64,000 nt of DNA. It comes from the human T2T-CHM13v2.0 reference genome, Homo sapiens. Made by a program: the position numbers and the translations under genes. Of the stretch, positions 38,545 through 53,713 are shown piece by piece. Position 1 is the stretch's first letter, and each line of letters opens with the position of its first letter. The notes below the pieces were generated by a model. The model worked only from the letters and a program-made list of their open reading frames with translations, made no database searches and had not been told where the DNA came from. The stretch lies in the NCBI RefSeq assembly GCF_009914755.1, contig NC_060935.1, one strand, 5' to 3'.

Positions 38545-39479
38545 GTAACCTCTTACTGTTGCAGAATCCCATCCAGGATTACATATTACATTTAGTTATT
38601 ATGTCTCCTCGGGCTACTCTTGGTTCTAACGGTTTCTCGGACTTCCCTTGGTTTTGATGTCCTTGACAATTTCGAGGAGTACTGGTTGGTATTTTGTAGG
38701 ATGCCCATGAAGTGGAGCTTATGTGATTGGTTTTCTCATTATTAGATTGGGGCTTTGGGTTTTTAGAGTTAGACCACAGGGGTAATGTGCCACTTTCATC
38801 AAATTATATAAACTGTATCAACTATCAACATGATTTATCACTCTTGGTTTTGGCCCTGATTATCTGGCTCAGGTAGTGTTTGTCAGGTAACTCCTATGTA
38901 AAGCTACTCCTTTTGTTTATTTGTTGCTTTTCCTACTTTTCATGCTAGATTCTGTAGAAAGAATCACTATGGCCAAGCTACACTTATAATGTGGGAAATT
39001 TTGATTTATCTGCTTATGGTCAGAATATGGACATACATTATTTGGACTCATGCACAGATTCATCTCTTCTTCTTTATTTAGTTATTTATTCAACCATGTA
39101 TTAATACAAATATGAAGTCATGCATATTTATTTTATATTCTGGATTACAATCCAATATTAATTTGTTTTGTTGTTCAAGTTATTTCCACTTTGGTCTTTA
39201 ACTCACTTATGCCTAGTGTTCCATTATTGGAACGCTAAGCATGTGGGAGTTATTTGTATCCTACTGCTCAAGGTCATCACCAAAGTCTGATTTTTCACTC
39301 ACGCAAAAATTCAAAAAATTACAACCTCCAGCATAAATGGGTTAAAAGCTCTTTCAGTTGGCCCCTGTGTCCCGCTGACACACCCCATAATTGTTAACAT
39401 TTTCTTCCCAGAACTTTCTTATTTCCAACCATATCTTTTAATGGCTTGATAGCTCATTCATTTTTATCACTGAATAATA
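38545..39479 (-). mobile_element. L1MC/L1MD-type 3' UTR, host of the MER85 and the inverted L1PA; resumes at about 40923-41110
   Basis: 'cccatccaggattacatattacatttagttattatgtctcc...ccttgacaatttcgaggagtactgg...ggtattttgtaggatgcc'. Confidence 0.75.
39202..39341 (+). mobile_element. MER85, non-autonomous piggyBac (PGBD3-derived MITE), full length
   Basis: 140 bp between TTAA (39198-39201) and TTAA (39342-39345). Ends ctcacttatgc...gcataaatggg. Internal 'gttccattattggaac' and 'atcctactgctcaaggtcatc'. Confidence 0.93.
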
Positions 39480-39480
39480 C

Positions 39481-41053
<1,573 letters not shown>

Positions 41054-41639
41054 TAAGTTTTCAAATCAGTCAGGCAAGTAGGCAAGTACTTAGGAACATG
41101 ATTACTACAGCATGCCACTTTTCAATTTTAATCTTTAATACATAATATAAAAGTAATGATTATTACATAAAAATGAAAAATAGAAAATTGTATAAAAAGG
41201 TAGAAATCTGCAATTCTATTTTCCCAAATACCTGTGATACCAGTGAAAAACTGTTATAAATTTCTTTCTGATTTTCATACAAGTTAAAATGCAAATAATA
41301 TATTATTTTGCACAACTTAATTTTTGTTTGTTCGTGTATCAGTAGGCCATCAACTTCTCCTCATGTCAATTTACATGGCTTCCTTCATTCTTTCCAAAGG
41401 CTGAAATGTATTCAGTTACAAGCTGAAACAGAAATTGCTAAGTTCCTCCTAGGGTGAATGCCATTAAGCTTTGGTACTTCATAATTTCAATTTTTAAAAA
41501 TTATGTAATTTTTATCATATAAAACTCTATGCTTACATTAATCTATTTCTACATGCTATATTCTTAAAATTAGAATTTCTAGTTAATTAAATAGAATTTC
41601 TAGTTAATTAAATACATTTCAAAGTTTATATATGCTGTG

Positions 41640-43919
41640 TGTATTAGTCCATTTTTATGCTGCTCATAAAGACATACCTGAGACTGGGCAATTTACAAAA
41701 AAAGAGGTCTATTGGACTTATAGTTCCACATGGCTGGGGAGGCCTCACAATCATGGCAGAAGGTGAAAGGCAAGGAGGAGCTAGTCACATTTTACATGGA
41801 TGGTGGCAGGCAAAGAGAGAGAGATTTTGCAGGGAAATTCCCCCTATAATACCATCATATCTCATGAGACTTATTTGCTATCATGAGTACAATGCTGGGA
41901 AACACTTGTCCCCATGATTCAGTTACCCCCCACCAAGTCCCTCCCACAACAGGTGGGAATTCAAGATGAGATTTGGGTGGGGACACGGCCAAACCATATC
42001 ATTCCACCCCGGCCCCTACCAAATCTCATGTCCTCATATTTCAAAACAAATCATGCCTTCCCAACAGTCCCCCAAAGTCTTAGCTCATTTCAGCATTAAC
42101 TCAAAAGTCCACAGTCCAAAGTCTTATCTGTGACAAGGCAAGTCCCTTCTACCTGCGAGCCTGTAAAATCAAAACAAATTAGTTACTTCATAGATACAAT
42201 GGGGGTAAAAACATTGGGTAAATATAGCCATTCCAAATGGGAGCAATTGGCCAAAATAAAGGGGCTACAGGCCCCATGCAAGTCTGAAATGCAGCAAGGC
42301 AGTCAAATCTTAAAGCTCCAAAATGATCTCCTTTGACTCCATGTTTGATATCCAGGTCATGCTGATCCAAGAGATGGGTTCCCATGGTCTTGTGCAGTTC
42401 TGTCCCTGTGACATTGCAGGGTACATCCTCCCTCCTGGCTGCTTTCACTTCCTGGGATTGAGTGTCAGCAGCTTTTCCAGTGGATCTACCATTCTGGGTT
42501 CTGGAGGATGATGGCCCTTTTCTCACAGTTCCACTAGTTGATGCCCCAGTAGGGACTCTGTGTGGGGGCTCCAACCCCACATTTCCCTTCTGCACTGACC
42601 TAGCAGAGGTTCCCCATGAGGGCCCTGCCCCTACAGCAAACATCTGCCTAGGCATCCAGGCATTTCCATACATCCTCTGAAATCCAGGCAGGGGATCCCA
42701 AACCTCAATTCTTGACTTCTGTGCACTTGCAGGCTCAATACCACATGGAAGCTTCCAAGGTTATGGACTTGCACCCTCTCAAGCCATGACCTGAGCTCTA
42801 TGTTGGCCCCTTTCAGCCACAGCTGGAGTGGTTGGGACACAGGACACCAAGTACCTAGGCTGCACACAGCATGGGGACCCTGGGCTTGGCACACAAAACC
42901 ACTTTTTCCTCTGAGGCCTCCAGGCCTGTGATGGGAGGGGCTGCTGTGAAGACCTCTGACATGACCTGGAGACATTTTCCCCATTGTCTTGGGGATTAGT
43001 CTTCAGTTCCTCTTTACGTATGCAAATTTCTGCAGCTGGTTTGAATTTCTGCTCAGAAAATGGGATTTTCTTTTATATCAGATTATCAGGCTGCAAATTT
43101 TCTGAACTTTTGATTTGCTTCCCTTATAAAACTGAATGCCTTTAACAGCACCCAAGTCACCTCTTGAATGCTTTGCTGCTTAGAAATTTCTTCCACCAGA
43201 TACCCTAAATCATCTCTCTCAAGTTCATAGTTCCACAAATCTCTAGGGCAGGGGCAGAATACCACCAGTCTCTTTGTTAAAACATAACAATAGTCACCTT
43301 TACTCCAGTTCCCAACAAGTTTGTCATTTCCATCTGAGACCACCTCAGTCTGGATTTCATTGTTTATATCATTATCAGCATTTTGGTCAAAGTGATTCAA
43401 TAAGTTTCTAGGTAGTTCCAAACTTTCCCACATTTTCCTGTCTTCTTCTGAGCCCTCCAAACTGTTCCAACCTTTGCCTGTTACCCAGTTCCAAAGTCAC
43501 TTTCACATTTTATTTTATCTTTTAAGCAGCACCTTTGTCCTGATACCTATTTACTGTATTAGTCCATTTTCACACTGCTTATAAAGACATAAGTTGATAC
43601 TGGGCAATTTACAAAATAAAGAGGTTTATTTGACTTACAGTTCCACGTGGCTGGGGAAGCCTCACAATCATGGTGGAAGGTGACAGGCAAAGAGGAGCAA
43701 GCTACATCTTATATGGCTGGTGGGGGGCAAAGAAAGCAAGATTGTGCAGGGAAATTCTCCCATATAATACCATCAGATCTCATGAGACTTATTCACTATC
43801 ATGAGAACAGTACTGGGAAAGATTTGCCCCCATGATTCAATTACCTCCAACTGGGTACTTCCCACAACATGTGGGAATTCAAGATGAGATTTGAGTGGGG
43901 ACACAGCCAAATCATGTTA
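41640..43919 (-). mobile_element. Complete THE1 (THE1A/B-like) MaLR element: LTR, internal region, LTR
   Basis: LTRs at 41640-42001 and 43555-43919, both starting 'tgtattagtccatttt'. The internal region is about 1.55 kb, with ORF remnants 43086-43460 (MEGSEEDRKMWESLELPR) and 42188-42673. Confidence 0.95.
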
Positions 43920-44178
43920 CCATCCAAATAGCTTTCAAAAAGGGTCCCAATCTACATGGAGGTTTTTAAGTGTAAGTCATTATCTTAAAAACCTGTAAGC
44001 ACATTCTTTGTCTTAAGAGGACAATGGTAACAAAAATGTATAAACTGAAATCACATTTTACCTATTATGTATATATAGATGGAATTGTTTAGCAAACATG
44101 TATAAATAAAAAATAATTTTTCTTTTTCTGTGTAGCTCTTTAAAAATTGAATTTTAAAAGGAAAAATGTGTTAAGGTC

Positions 44179-44454
44179 TGTGAAGGGTGAATTGTGTTCC
44201 CCTTAAATTTATACATTGAAACCCTAACCATCAGAACCTCAGAATGTGACTATATTTTGACACAGGATCATCAAAGAGGTAATTAAGTTAAAATGAGGTC
44301 ATTAGGGTAAGCCCTAATTCCATTTGACTGCTGTCCTTATAAAAAGAGAAGATCTTGACACACAAAGGTACCTAGAGATGTACACACAGAGGAATGTTGT
44401 TTAAATCACCTAGTCTGTGCTATTTTGATATGTAAGACCTAGCAAATTAATACG
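44179..44454 (+). mobile_element. MLT1B-like LTR with an internal deletion
   Basis: 'gaattgtgttcccc...acctcagaatgtgact...taattaagttaaaatgaggtcattagggt' jumps directly to the 3' end 'cctagtctgtgctatttt...ctagcaaattaatac'. Confidence 0.8.
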
Positions 44455-44859
44455 AGATTTGAAATGACTAAAACACCGTGAAAGTAATTTCTGAAGTTTT
44501 ATATCTTAAAGTTCTATAGCAAAGACTTATTTTCACATTTTCAAGATAGTAAATTTTTGAAAGAATTGTTGAGTTTGTCAGGCAGCCAGTTTTCAGCTGA
44601 TGAATAAAAGTCAGTAAATCACTTGGAAACACAATCCATTGATGATTCCGTTATAAAATTGTAGTTTTCTAGAGTATGAGACAATGTCAGGTGAAGTGAA
44701 GTTAGTGTCTCAGTGATCTCTAAGGCCCTCAATAACCCAGCCTCAGATTCGGCATTTATCCACTCTCTAACTCTCCTTCTTTTAAAAAAGATCACAATGC
44801 TTACCTGTTTCTGTGTAGCTTTCATAGCCACCCACATCCACAGCCCCGCCACCACCTCC

Positions 44860-45492
<633 letters not shown>

Positions 45493-46984
45493 AAACAAAC
45501 TTAATAGATTAAGTGATTTTTTCTAATATAAGAAATTAAATCATAATATTTAATAACTTAATAAAAGTGTATAAATCACTTACTAGGGAAGGTGAAGAAT
45601 ACAAAGATGATTAAAGTTGTCTTTAAGAAGTCAGATAAGTAAATAACTAGGTAGAATTCAAATGTGAGTAAATCAAGTGCTATCGTAGCTAAAAATTTAT
45701 TAGGGGAACAAAATGAGGAGAATACATTAATACCAATTTTGGAAATTATCTTAAAATATCTTGTTTGAAAGTAAAACAAATAAATTAATTTCCAATCAAG
45801 GTATATTGTCTAAGGATTAATATTTAACAGTATGATTTAAGATTCTCAGGCTTAGAATTCAATATACAGCATCAATATCACTGTTTCTTTAAGGAGAACA
45901 CATTTCCCTACCAGAAGATACAGAATTGGAAGTTGTTGTTCTGGGTAGTTTGCCTGTATTATTTTTTAATCCATATTGCACTCCTATAAGGTAGGTAATA
46001 TCATCCTTATATAACAGAATGTAAAAGTGAAGTCCAACTTTATCAATGATAATCTGCCATAATTGGTGAAGCCGGAATGATATTTATCTAGCCTCAAAAT
46101 ATACTCTTATAATAGCCACAGTATATTTCACTATTGAGGATTAGAGAATGCTGCCTAAGGAAATCCTAACATATATTTGATTGCCCTTTGTTTAGCTCTG
46201 ACCTCCATCAGAACAAACATCTGCAGAACTGTGATTTTGGTCACTTTGTACCTGCTCTTGTATGTCTTCTTTTCTGATTCTCATAATTCTTGCTCCTTTA
46301 ACTAGAGTTTGTCTATATTTTCCCTCTAAATGTAGCATTGCTCTCAATGTCTTCTAAACAAATGCAGTGTCAAGTGTGTCTCTTTATCCAATCTTTATAA
46401 TCCATATTAAATTCTTTTTGGAAATAGGATAAAACTTGATGTATGGTACACAGATGAGAGATAGATAAATGACAGATAGATAATAAACAAATAAATTTCT
46501 AATGATGGATAGATTAGATGAAAGTACACTAGCACTAAATTTTTTATTATAACTACCTCCTGTACATATTTGTTGTATCATTGTTGGCTTCATAACTGAA
46601 GAATGATGATGGCAAATCACAGTAAATTATGACATTTTTAATAGAAGGGACCTGTTTTTGGTCATCTTAACATATTTTATCACCCAGGCAAAAGATTATC
46701 TACTACATGTATAGCATTGTAATAAGGATTGGCTACATAAAGACAAGTAATATATGAAAATTGTGCTGACAAATGAGCTGGAGATCTAGCTCTACAATAT
46801 ACAGCTCAATGGATAATATCTGCTTAGGTATACAATGAAAGTAAAAGAGAAAGGAGAGTTTTCCTTTCAATGACTTTCTTCCTTTTGTCTATACAAATAT
46901 TATTTTTATAACTTTATATTCTATTATTTTAAAAATGTCCAAAATTGTTTAGGTTTCAGTTATCACTGAACCTAAAGTAAAACT

Positions 46985-47582
46985 CCCAATAGTAATTTGT
47001 TAAACTGACATTGGTAGAAGTGGAAATTAGCACAACTCATTGACAATATCTGCTAAAGCTGAATGTACACTTAGCCTCCGACCCAGGGTTTCTGCTCATA
47101 ATATAAGAGAAATGAGTATAATTTTCTAGGAATAGACAAGTACAACAATGTTTATAGAAGCACTATTCATCACAATCTCACTGGAAATAACAAAAATGCC
47201 CTCCAACTGTAAAATGGACAAATAAATGATAGCATATTCACAGCAATGGAATTAACAAACTACAAGATGTATGTACATGAGTAAATCTTCCAAATGAAAC
47301 ATTGAGCTAAAGGAGCTAGAAGCAAAAAAATACCTTCTCCATGATTTCATTCATATAAAATTTAAAAACAGACAAAATTAATCTGTTGTGTTAGAAGTCA
47401 GAGTAGCAGTTAACACTGGGGAAAGAAGTGTTTGGATGGGGAGATGAGAAGACTTCTGGGGTGCTGGGAAAGTTGTTTCTCATCTGCTTTCTGGTAACAT
47501 GGATGTGTTCATTTTGTGAACATTTATGCAGCTCTACCCTTATGCTTTGTGATTTTTAAATCTATGCTACACAGCAATAATT
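46985..47582 (+). mobile_element. L1ME3-like 3' end
   Basis: 'aatgtttatagaagcactattca', 'acagacaaaattaatctgttgtgttagaagtcagagtagcagttaac', 'gacttctggggtgctgg'. Confidence 0.75.
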
Positions 47583-49499
47583 AATTTGATAAATGAATTT
47601 TTGTCTAATGCTATAAAATTTGTTGCAGAGAAACCAGAGAAAATGATAATAGGAGAATAAGTCACAGAAGAAAATGCAAAAATAATAACTCAGATATTAC
47701 AATATGTAAAAAGCTGTTATGTGTGTCTACTGTGATAGAAGTAAATGGGAATGTGTGTGGCAACACAACAATAGTCAATAGATACAGGAATAGATTTCTT
47801 CAGGCTACTGTGGCATTTTCTCTGAGAACTTTAAAGAACTTACACACCATCAGCAGTACAGAAGGCTTGAAAGTGCAGATTGAGAACACTGTACCCGGCT
47901 GCCTTGAGCATGCTTAGCCCCTTCTAATCACTGACATTAGGTAGAGCTGGGTCTGGGTAGCACTCTGATAAGATGCTTAAATTACAGGAATCAAGCAGCT
48001 TACTTTACAAGATTCCTTCACTCCTGAGATGTCAGCTTCTGTAGCAGTAGGTTTCCTTTGTACTCAGAAGACAGACAAAGGTGGCTATTTGGCTATTTTC
48101 TCTTAAATTGAGTCCTAACCCATAGAAATGAGGCTAAAAAAAAGTGGCTGACAAGACTTTGCAAATTATATGAATTAGGTTAATAATGCAGCAACATGGA
48201 TTACATAATTGAATGGGATCATGTGGAATGTTCTCTGAGAATGTGGTTCTCTCTGAATGTGGGTCTCAGAATGTGCAGTCTCTAGAATATGGGTCTGCAA
48301 CCTCCTGAAAGGCCTAGAGCCTCTGACTTCTGCATATTTTTACACATTGCATAAGTTTTCAGATCTTTGATAAGATTAATAGACAATCCTTGAAAACTCA
48401 CCTTTGTAACTAAGAGGCTATAACTCAGAGATTTTGCTTTAATTTTCTCTTTAGGGTTGCTCTGTCTTTTGCTTCCTGCAATCCCCCATGCATTCAGAAA
48501 ACAGTACAGGAAGAAAAAAGAAATACTAATGAGGTATACTTCTCAAAGGGTGATGTACTCAGAAACACATAAATCCTATAACTAAATAATTTAACATGTG
48601 AGTGAAGTGAGAAACAGTCTTAATACATTCATGAGAGTCACACAAAAAAATGACGAACAATGCTAGGATTTTCTTCCCAAATACGTCAAAAAACAACCCA
48701 TTTCTATTTTTACCACTCCACACTGCCACCCAAAGGAAGTTTTATCACTGCGTGGTACTCACACCGATGTTCCCAGGAACAGAAAATTAAATTAGAGCCC
48801 ATTTAAAACTGCCAAAAAGAGTGCAGCAAATCATCCACTTAGTAAAAAGGCACATATGCCTTCTGATCAAGAAAAGGATATATTTATGACAGAGTATCTA
48901 TACTCACAAAATATGTGCCTCTTATTTTTTTATTCAGAAATTCATTTGAACATAAGCTGCTATGTTGATATGTAGGCAGTTGCATTCTTCTGATTAATTG
49001 TACATATCTTGCATGAAATCAATTTCTTTGTTTTGATGATGATTTTATTTAAAAGGAAACATATATGAGCTGTAACTACTAGGTTTTTTTTTTTTTTTAA
49101 TAGAAACGAGTCCCGTTTGGCAAATAGGAACAAACAGGCTCTATTAATACCTCAACTCTAGGAAGTCACTCCTAAGTCACAGAAAAGCTGCACAAAAGCA
49201 GTAGGTACCCAAGTTGAGGTTGAGTTCCTACCTTCAACAAAGCTGCCATTTAAAGATCCTGTATGATCCAGCCTGTAGAATTTAGGTCAGCACTGCTATT
49301 TCCTAGCCTTCTTCTACTGTTAGACTTACATAGTACTGAAAACAGCTCTGCCTTTTTATTTAAACTTAAAAAGACCAAACCTGTGACAAGAAATCACAAT
49401 CTTAGAGGAAAGGTAATGCAAAACTATTTGTTTTAAGAAAATTGCAGAGATTAATTAAATTAGTGTGGCTGAATAGCGCTCTCATTGATTTGCTATTAG

Positions 49500-49501
<2 letters not shown>

Positions 49502-49536
<35 letters not shown>

Positions 49537-49540
49537 CGCA
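49502..49540. repeat. (GT)n microsatellite with a GC-alternating tail
   Basis: About 15 GT units followed by gcgtgcgca. Confidence 0.95.
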
Positions 49541-52004
49541 TCTGTCTATATGGCATATACAGGTAAGCAATGATTCCAGACAACAATAAAATAATAACTG
49601 TTACCATTTATTGGGTACTGCGTACCAAGTCCATGACAAACATAGATTTTATGTCATTCAGATTTGGACATGAAGTTTAACTATTCCTGCAAGCTCTTTG
49701 GTTATGGGTAATTTTCTCAATTTCCATGAGATTTAATTTACTCTTTCTTAACATAGGCATAATAATACACTTCTTGGGTGGTTATTGCAAGGTAAGCGAA
49801 GAGCTCACCTTACATAAATTATTACCCGTTTCCTGGCCCTTTTCTTATTCTATAATGGTTATTTGTGTTATTTTTGTTTCCCTGCTATAGTACACTTTTT
49901 CTGAAGTAAAGACTGTGAAGTTTTTTTTTCATTTTTCTTTCTTAACAGCTTGTCATTTGCCTGATATATATTTATTGAAGAAAACAGAAGAGAAAAAGTC
50001 TTCTGATTTAATTGCTGCTACTAAAGAACATTCACAAGGTGACAATGGACTCTGAACAGACTTTAATGTTCTATCCAGTACACTAGAAGCATGAACATGA
50101 AGAATACCTCATCAATATCCCTTTTTTCAGATATGTCGTCAGGATAACATGAAATAATGTTTGTAAAATGCTTATCTCAGTGTCTGTTGTACCGCAGGCC
50201 CTTAACAAATGGATTTGCTTTTCTCTCTCTCATGAGAAGGCTCCATGCCCATCTCCACATTGGTGTTTTTACTTTTATTTTTCCATGTGACATAAAAGTC
50301 AGTCCCTCTCTCTAAAGCAGACCTTATCCCAGCTTCCCAAAGAGACGTTGTGAGAAGCTGCCTATTTATCTGAACTCCTACACCATTTATCTCCAGAGCG
50401 TGGACGGAGCATATGTGTGGCAGGGGGTTGATACTTGGCTCTCTGTCCTAGCCTGCTTGCTGTACACCTTTGGATAATTTATCTGTTTATCTGTGACTCA
50501 ATCTGATTTTTCCTGCTTTTTGATGCAGTCTAAAATTCTAAAAGTCTTAGGGTGCCTATGTTATTCATTTTTTCATATGTACTGATTTTATTTCTAATTA
50601 TCTGCTTCTTAATCGTCAGATTCTGGGTCATATTTACTTATATGTGCCCTTCACAATGCCAAACTGATTGATACTTTAAAAATACTACTGATTGATTCAA
50701 TGGGAAGAGCAGCTCTGTGACTTGGTGAGAAGTTCATCAACTCTACTGGTGGCCTTGGCATTAGATAGAGGTGCTGGTCCCAACATCATGGATAACCTCA
50801 AAATGGGGGTCGTAATATCGGAACAGAGATCTTGGAGCCCCGAGAAACTCAGGCATAGAGAGTGTAGGGTAGCTCTTTAGAGTCCTCATTCCGGGACTTC
50901 TATGGAAAAAATAAGGTTAAGTCTTTTGAGATATTTGGAAACTAGTCTTTAAGAACAAGTTTGCCTCAGCATTTCACAAGCTTCATGACTTTGCTCAAGT
51001 CACATCACTTCCCTAAAATTCAATTTCCACATACATAAAATGTCATAATATGTCTTTCTTCAGCAAAGATCGAAAAAGAAAATATACAGAAAACACACAT
51101 GAAAACTGTAAATCACAAAATACAAACTATAAACTTAAGCAGTTACATGATTTTTCAGCCAAGGCCTAGTATCTACATAAAATATGAGTACTGAAAATAC
51201 CACTAGGCTAAAGGGTTTCAATTCCAGGAATAATGATGTTAATGTTACCAGATAAAAATTAACTTTGCAGTCAAAGTGCTTAATAAAACATGTATATTAT
51301 ATAATAAATATTTTAGAGTGAAAATAATTCACCATACTATTTTAAAGGAAAAAACGCTGTAACATGTTTAATAGTTTGCAGCTGACATTGTGAAATTGGA
51401 ATTCAGTGTTCACTAACGGTAATTATGGGAAAACTAACTAAATTAACTGTGTTACACATTTTCATGCTTGAGAGAAAGTCACGAGGACATTATTTACTTC
51501 CCTTCAAAGTGAAGTTTTCGTGGGATCTAAATGAACACGCATACATTCACATGAGAATATGCACACACACATACACACAGAAACACAGAAAAGCTAAAGC
51601 AGACAACTTCAGATTTATAGACTTTTTAACCTTGCAGATAACAATGTGGTCAAAGTTCTCAAAAGCAGCCTTTGTAGTATTTTAGGTAATGAAATCCCAG
51701 GCATTGAAAAAATTCTCATAATTAAGGAAGACCTGGGCATGAGTTGGGCTCTGCCTCAGTAGTGCTTATGGCATGAGGTGGGGGCCAAGGCTGAGTGAAA
51801 TTTGAATTTAACACCCAGAAACCATTCCTGTTGTTAAAGAGTAGCTGGGCATCACTTATTGGATGAAAAGCCCAGTTGGAGCAGCAGTTTTTATCCATCT
51901 TCATGGAAAGGAAGTGCAATCCAGTAAGCAGAGCCTGTATCAGAATCTTCTAGGTCCAAATTCATGCAGAATAATAATTCCAGGTGGTCAGTTAATTTAA
52001 AATA

Positions 52005-52262
52005 TTCTATTCAATGGATATTTACTACATGCTTACAATGGATAAAGGATGAGGAAAAACAGATATAGCCTTGCCATTATGGATCTTACAGTCCAGTAGG
52101 AGAAATGAATATTAATTTCATAATCACACAAATAAGTGTATAAATGAAAAATAGGGTAATTGTTATAAAAAGAAGTAAATACTTTTATGACAATTTATAG
52201 GCAAGAAATTAGGCCTTGTGTGTGTATGGAGAAGGGGTCAGATAGACTTCCCTGAGGAAATT
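52005..52262 (-). mobile_element. L2 3' fragment
   Basis: 'cagatatagccttgccattatggatcttacagtccagtaggaga...ggggtcagatagacttccctgagga'. Confidence 0.65.
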
Positions 52263-52639
52263 ATTTATTTAATTAATAAGGGTGAGAAAATGTTGAATGT
52301 TATTACAAACAACCCCGATTAATAATGGCTAAGCCTACACACATCTAAGAGGAACATCCCTTGTTGAGAAGCATTATTTTGGGGCAGCAGTCCTCCATAA
52401 AGCCTCCCTGGCAGCCATGCTTCTTCAATCTACTCCTTCTGCCACCTTCCACAGTGGCACCCACAAAAGGGAAAGGGAGAGGCCGTAGGAAGAACACACA
52501 CACACTATGAGTTGCCTCTGCCCAAGAAGGGCATTGGGTAATTCAGATAAAACTGAATTTAGCGTTAAATGTGTTTTAACCATATTACCTTAGGATAACT
52601 ATGATGAAGCCATACAGAAAACAGAAGAAACCAAAAGGC

Positions 52640-52900
52640 CCAGTGTTATTACTCAATGTAAGACTACTTGAGGGGAGCACCTGAGACAGATAGGTGGCAG
52701 AGGGAGAATGTGGAACTGTGGGCAAGTGCGTTTATTATAATTTCCAGGGGAAGGAATGGCCAAGACAGGGTAAATGGGCTTACGGTTAGTTAGCTATGTT
52801 TGAAAGTTGAAAGACCCTCATGAAATTCATGGTCACCGTGACTGTTAAAGCATCAAATTTAGGGCTGTCTAATGTCTCCAGAAGTTTTCGGGTGAAGCAG
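52640..52900 (-). mobile_element. Old ERV LTR fragment (LTR78/79-like, uncertain)
   Basis: 'gggcaagtgcgtttattataatttccaggggaaggaatggccaagacagggtaa' resembles a recalled old ERV1 LTR. Confidence 0.35.
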
Positions 52901-53099
52901 GGTTTACTTGAGAAGAGCTAGTAACCATTTTGTAGATTTTAAAGCGTTAGTTTGCAGGAACTAATTATGGTTAATACAAGTGATAATAACTCCAGGATAC
53001 ACATGTCTAACACTGATTATTTCACTCAGCTCCAGGCTAATGGATTCACATTTCTTTAAGACAATAACAGACACTGAAAAAAGTAAAATATTCAGAAAT

Positions 53100-53705
53100 A
53101 GCTCTTGATTCTTACCAACCACCTTAATCTATTTCTTTCCTATTCTGTTCTATATTAGTATGTATCATCCATATACACCTCTTGTTTAAGCCTAAAACAT
53201 AAGTATTTGCTTTGATTTTTGCCTTTTTCTCAACCACCATAGGTAATCCACCAGTAAATGGCATCAGATCTACCTCAAAATGTATCTCAAACCCATTTGC
53301 TCCATTTTATTCTGAAGGTCTTCACTGCTGTTATTCTACTTCATATCACTGGTCCCAGCAACATTATTTGTTTGCCTCAGATTACAGCTGAAATTAAATT
53401 GAAACTCATTGATGTGGTGTACAAAGCCCTACACATTCTAGTCCTTGCCTACTTCTCCAACTTGATCATCCTCACTAGTTCACGTTGCACCATCCTTTCT
53501 GGCCATTTCTGTGCCTTGAATATTCAATCCCTCTCCCTCTGAAGGGTTTTTGCATTTGCTGTGCTCTGACTGGAAATGCTTTCTGACTGGAAATGGTTTC
53601 TTTCCCCCAACACTCATCATTTGGCTTGGTATTTCCATCGAAATATCGGAGAGATTTCCTATAACTAACCTAGCAATGATAAGCCCCACTCCCATATCTA
53701 TCACT
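53100..53705 (+). mobile_element. L2 LINE fragment
   Basis: 'ctacctcaaaatgtatctc', 'tacaaagccctacacattctagtccttgcctacttctcc', 'tttgcatttgctgtgctctgactggaaatgct'. Confidence 0.75.
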
Positions 53706-53713
53706 ACAGTTAC

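Noticed and set aside
42188-43460. 161-, 117- and 124-aa ORFs
   Set aside because: They lie in the THE1-internal region and are broken MaLR ORF remnants or alternative frames.
46948-46976. 12-bp hairpin with a bulge
   Set aside because: It is short, imperfect and plausible by chance.
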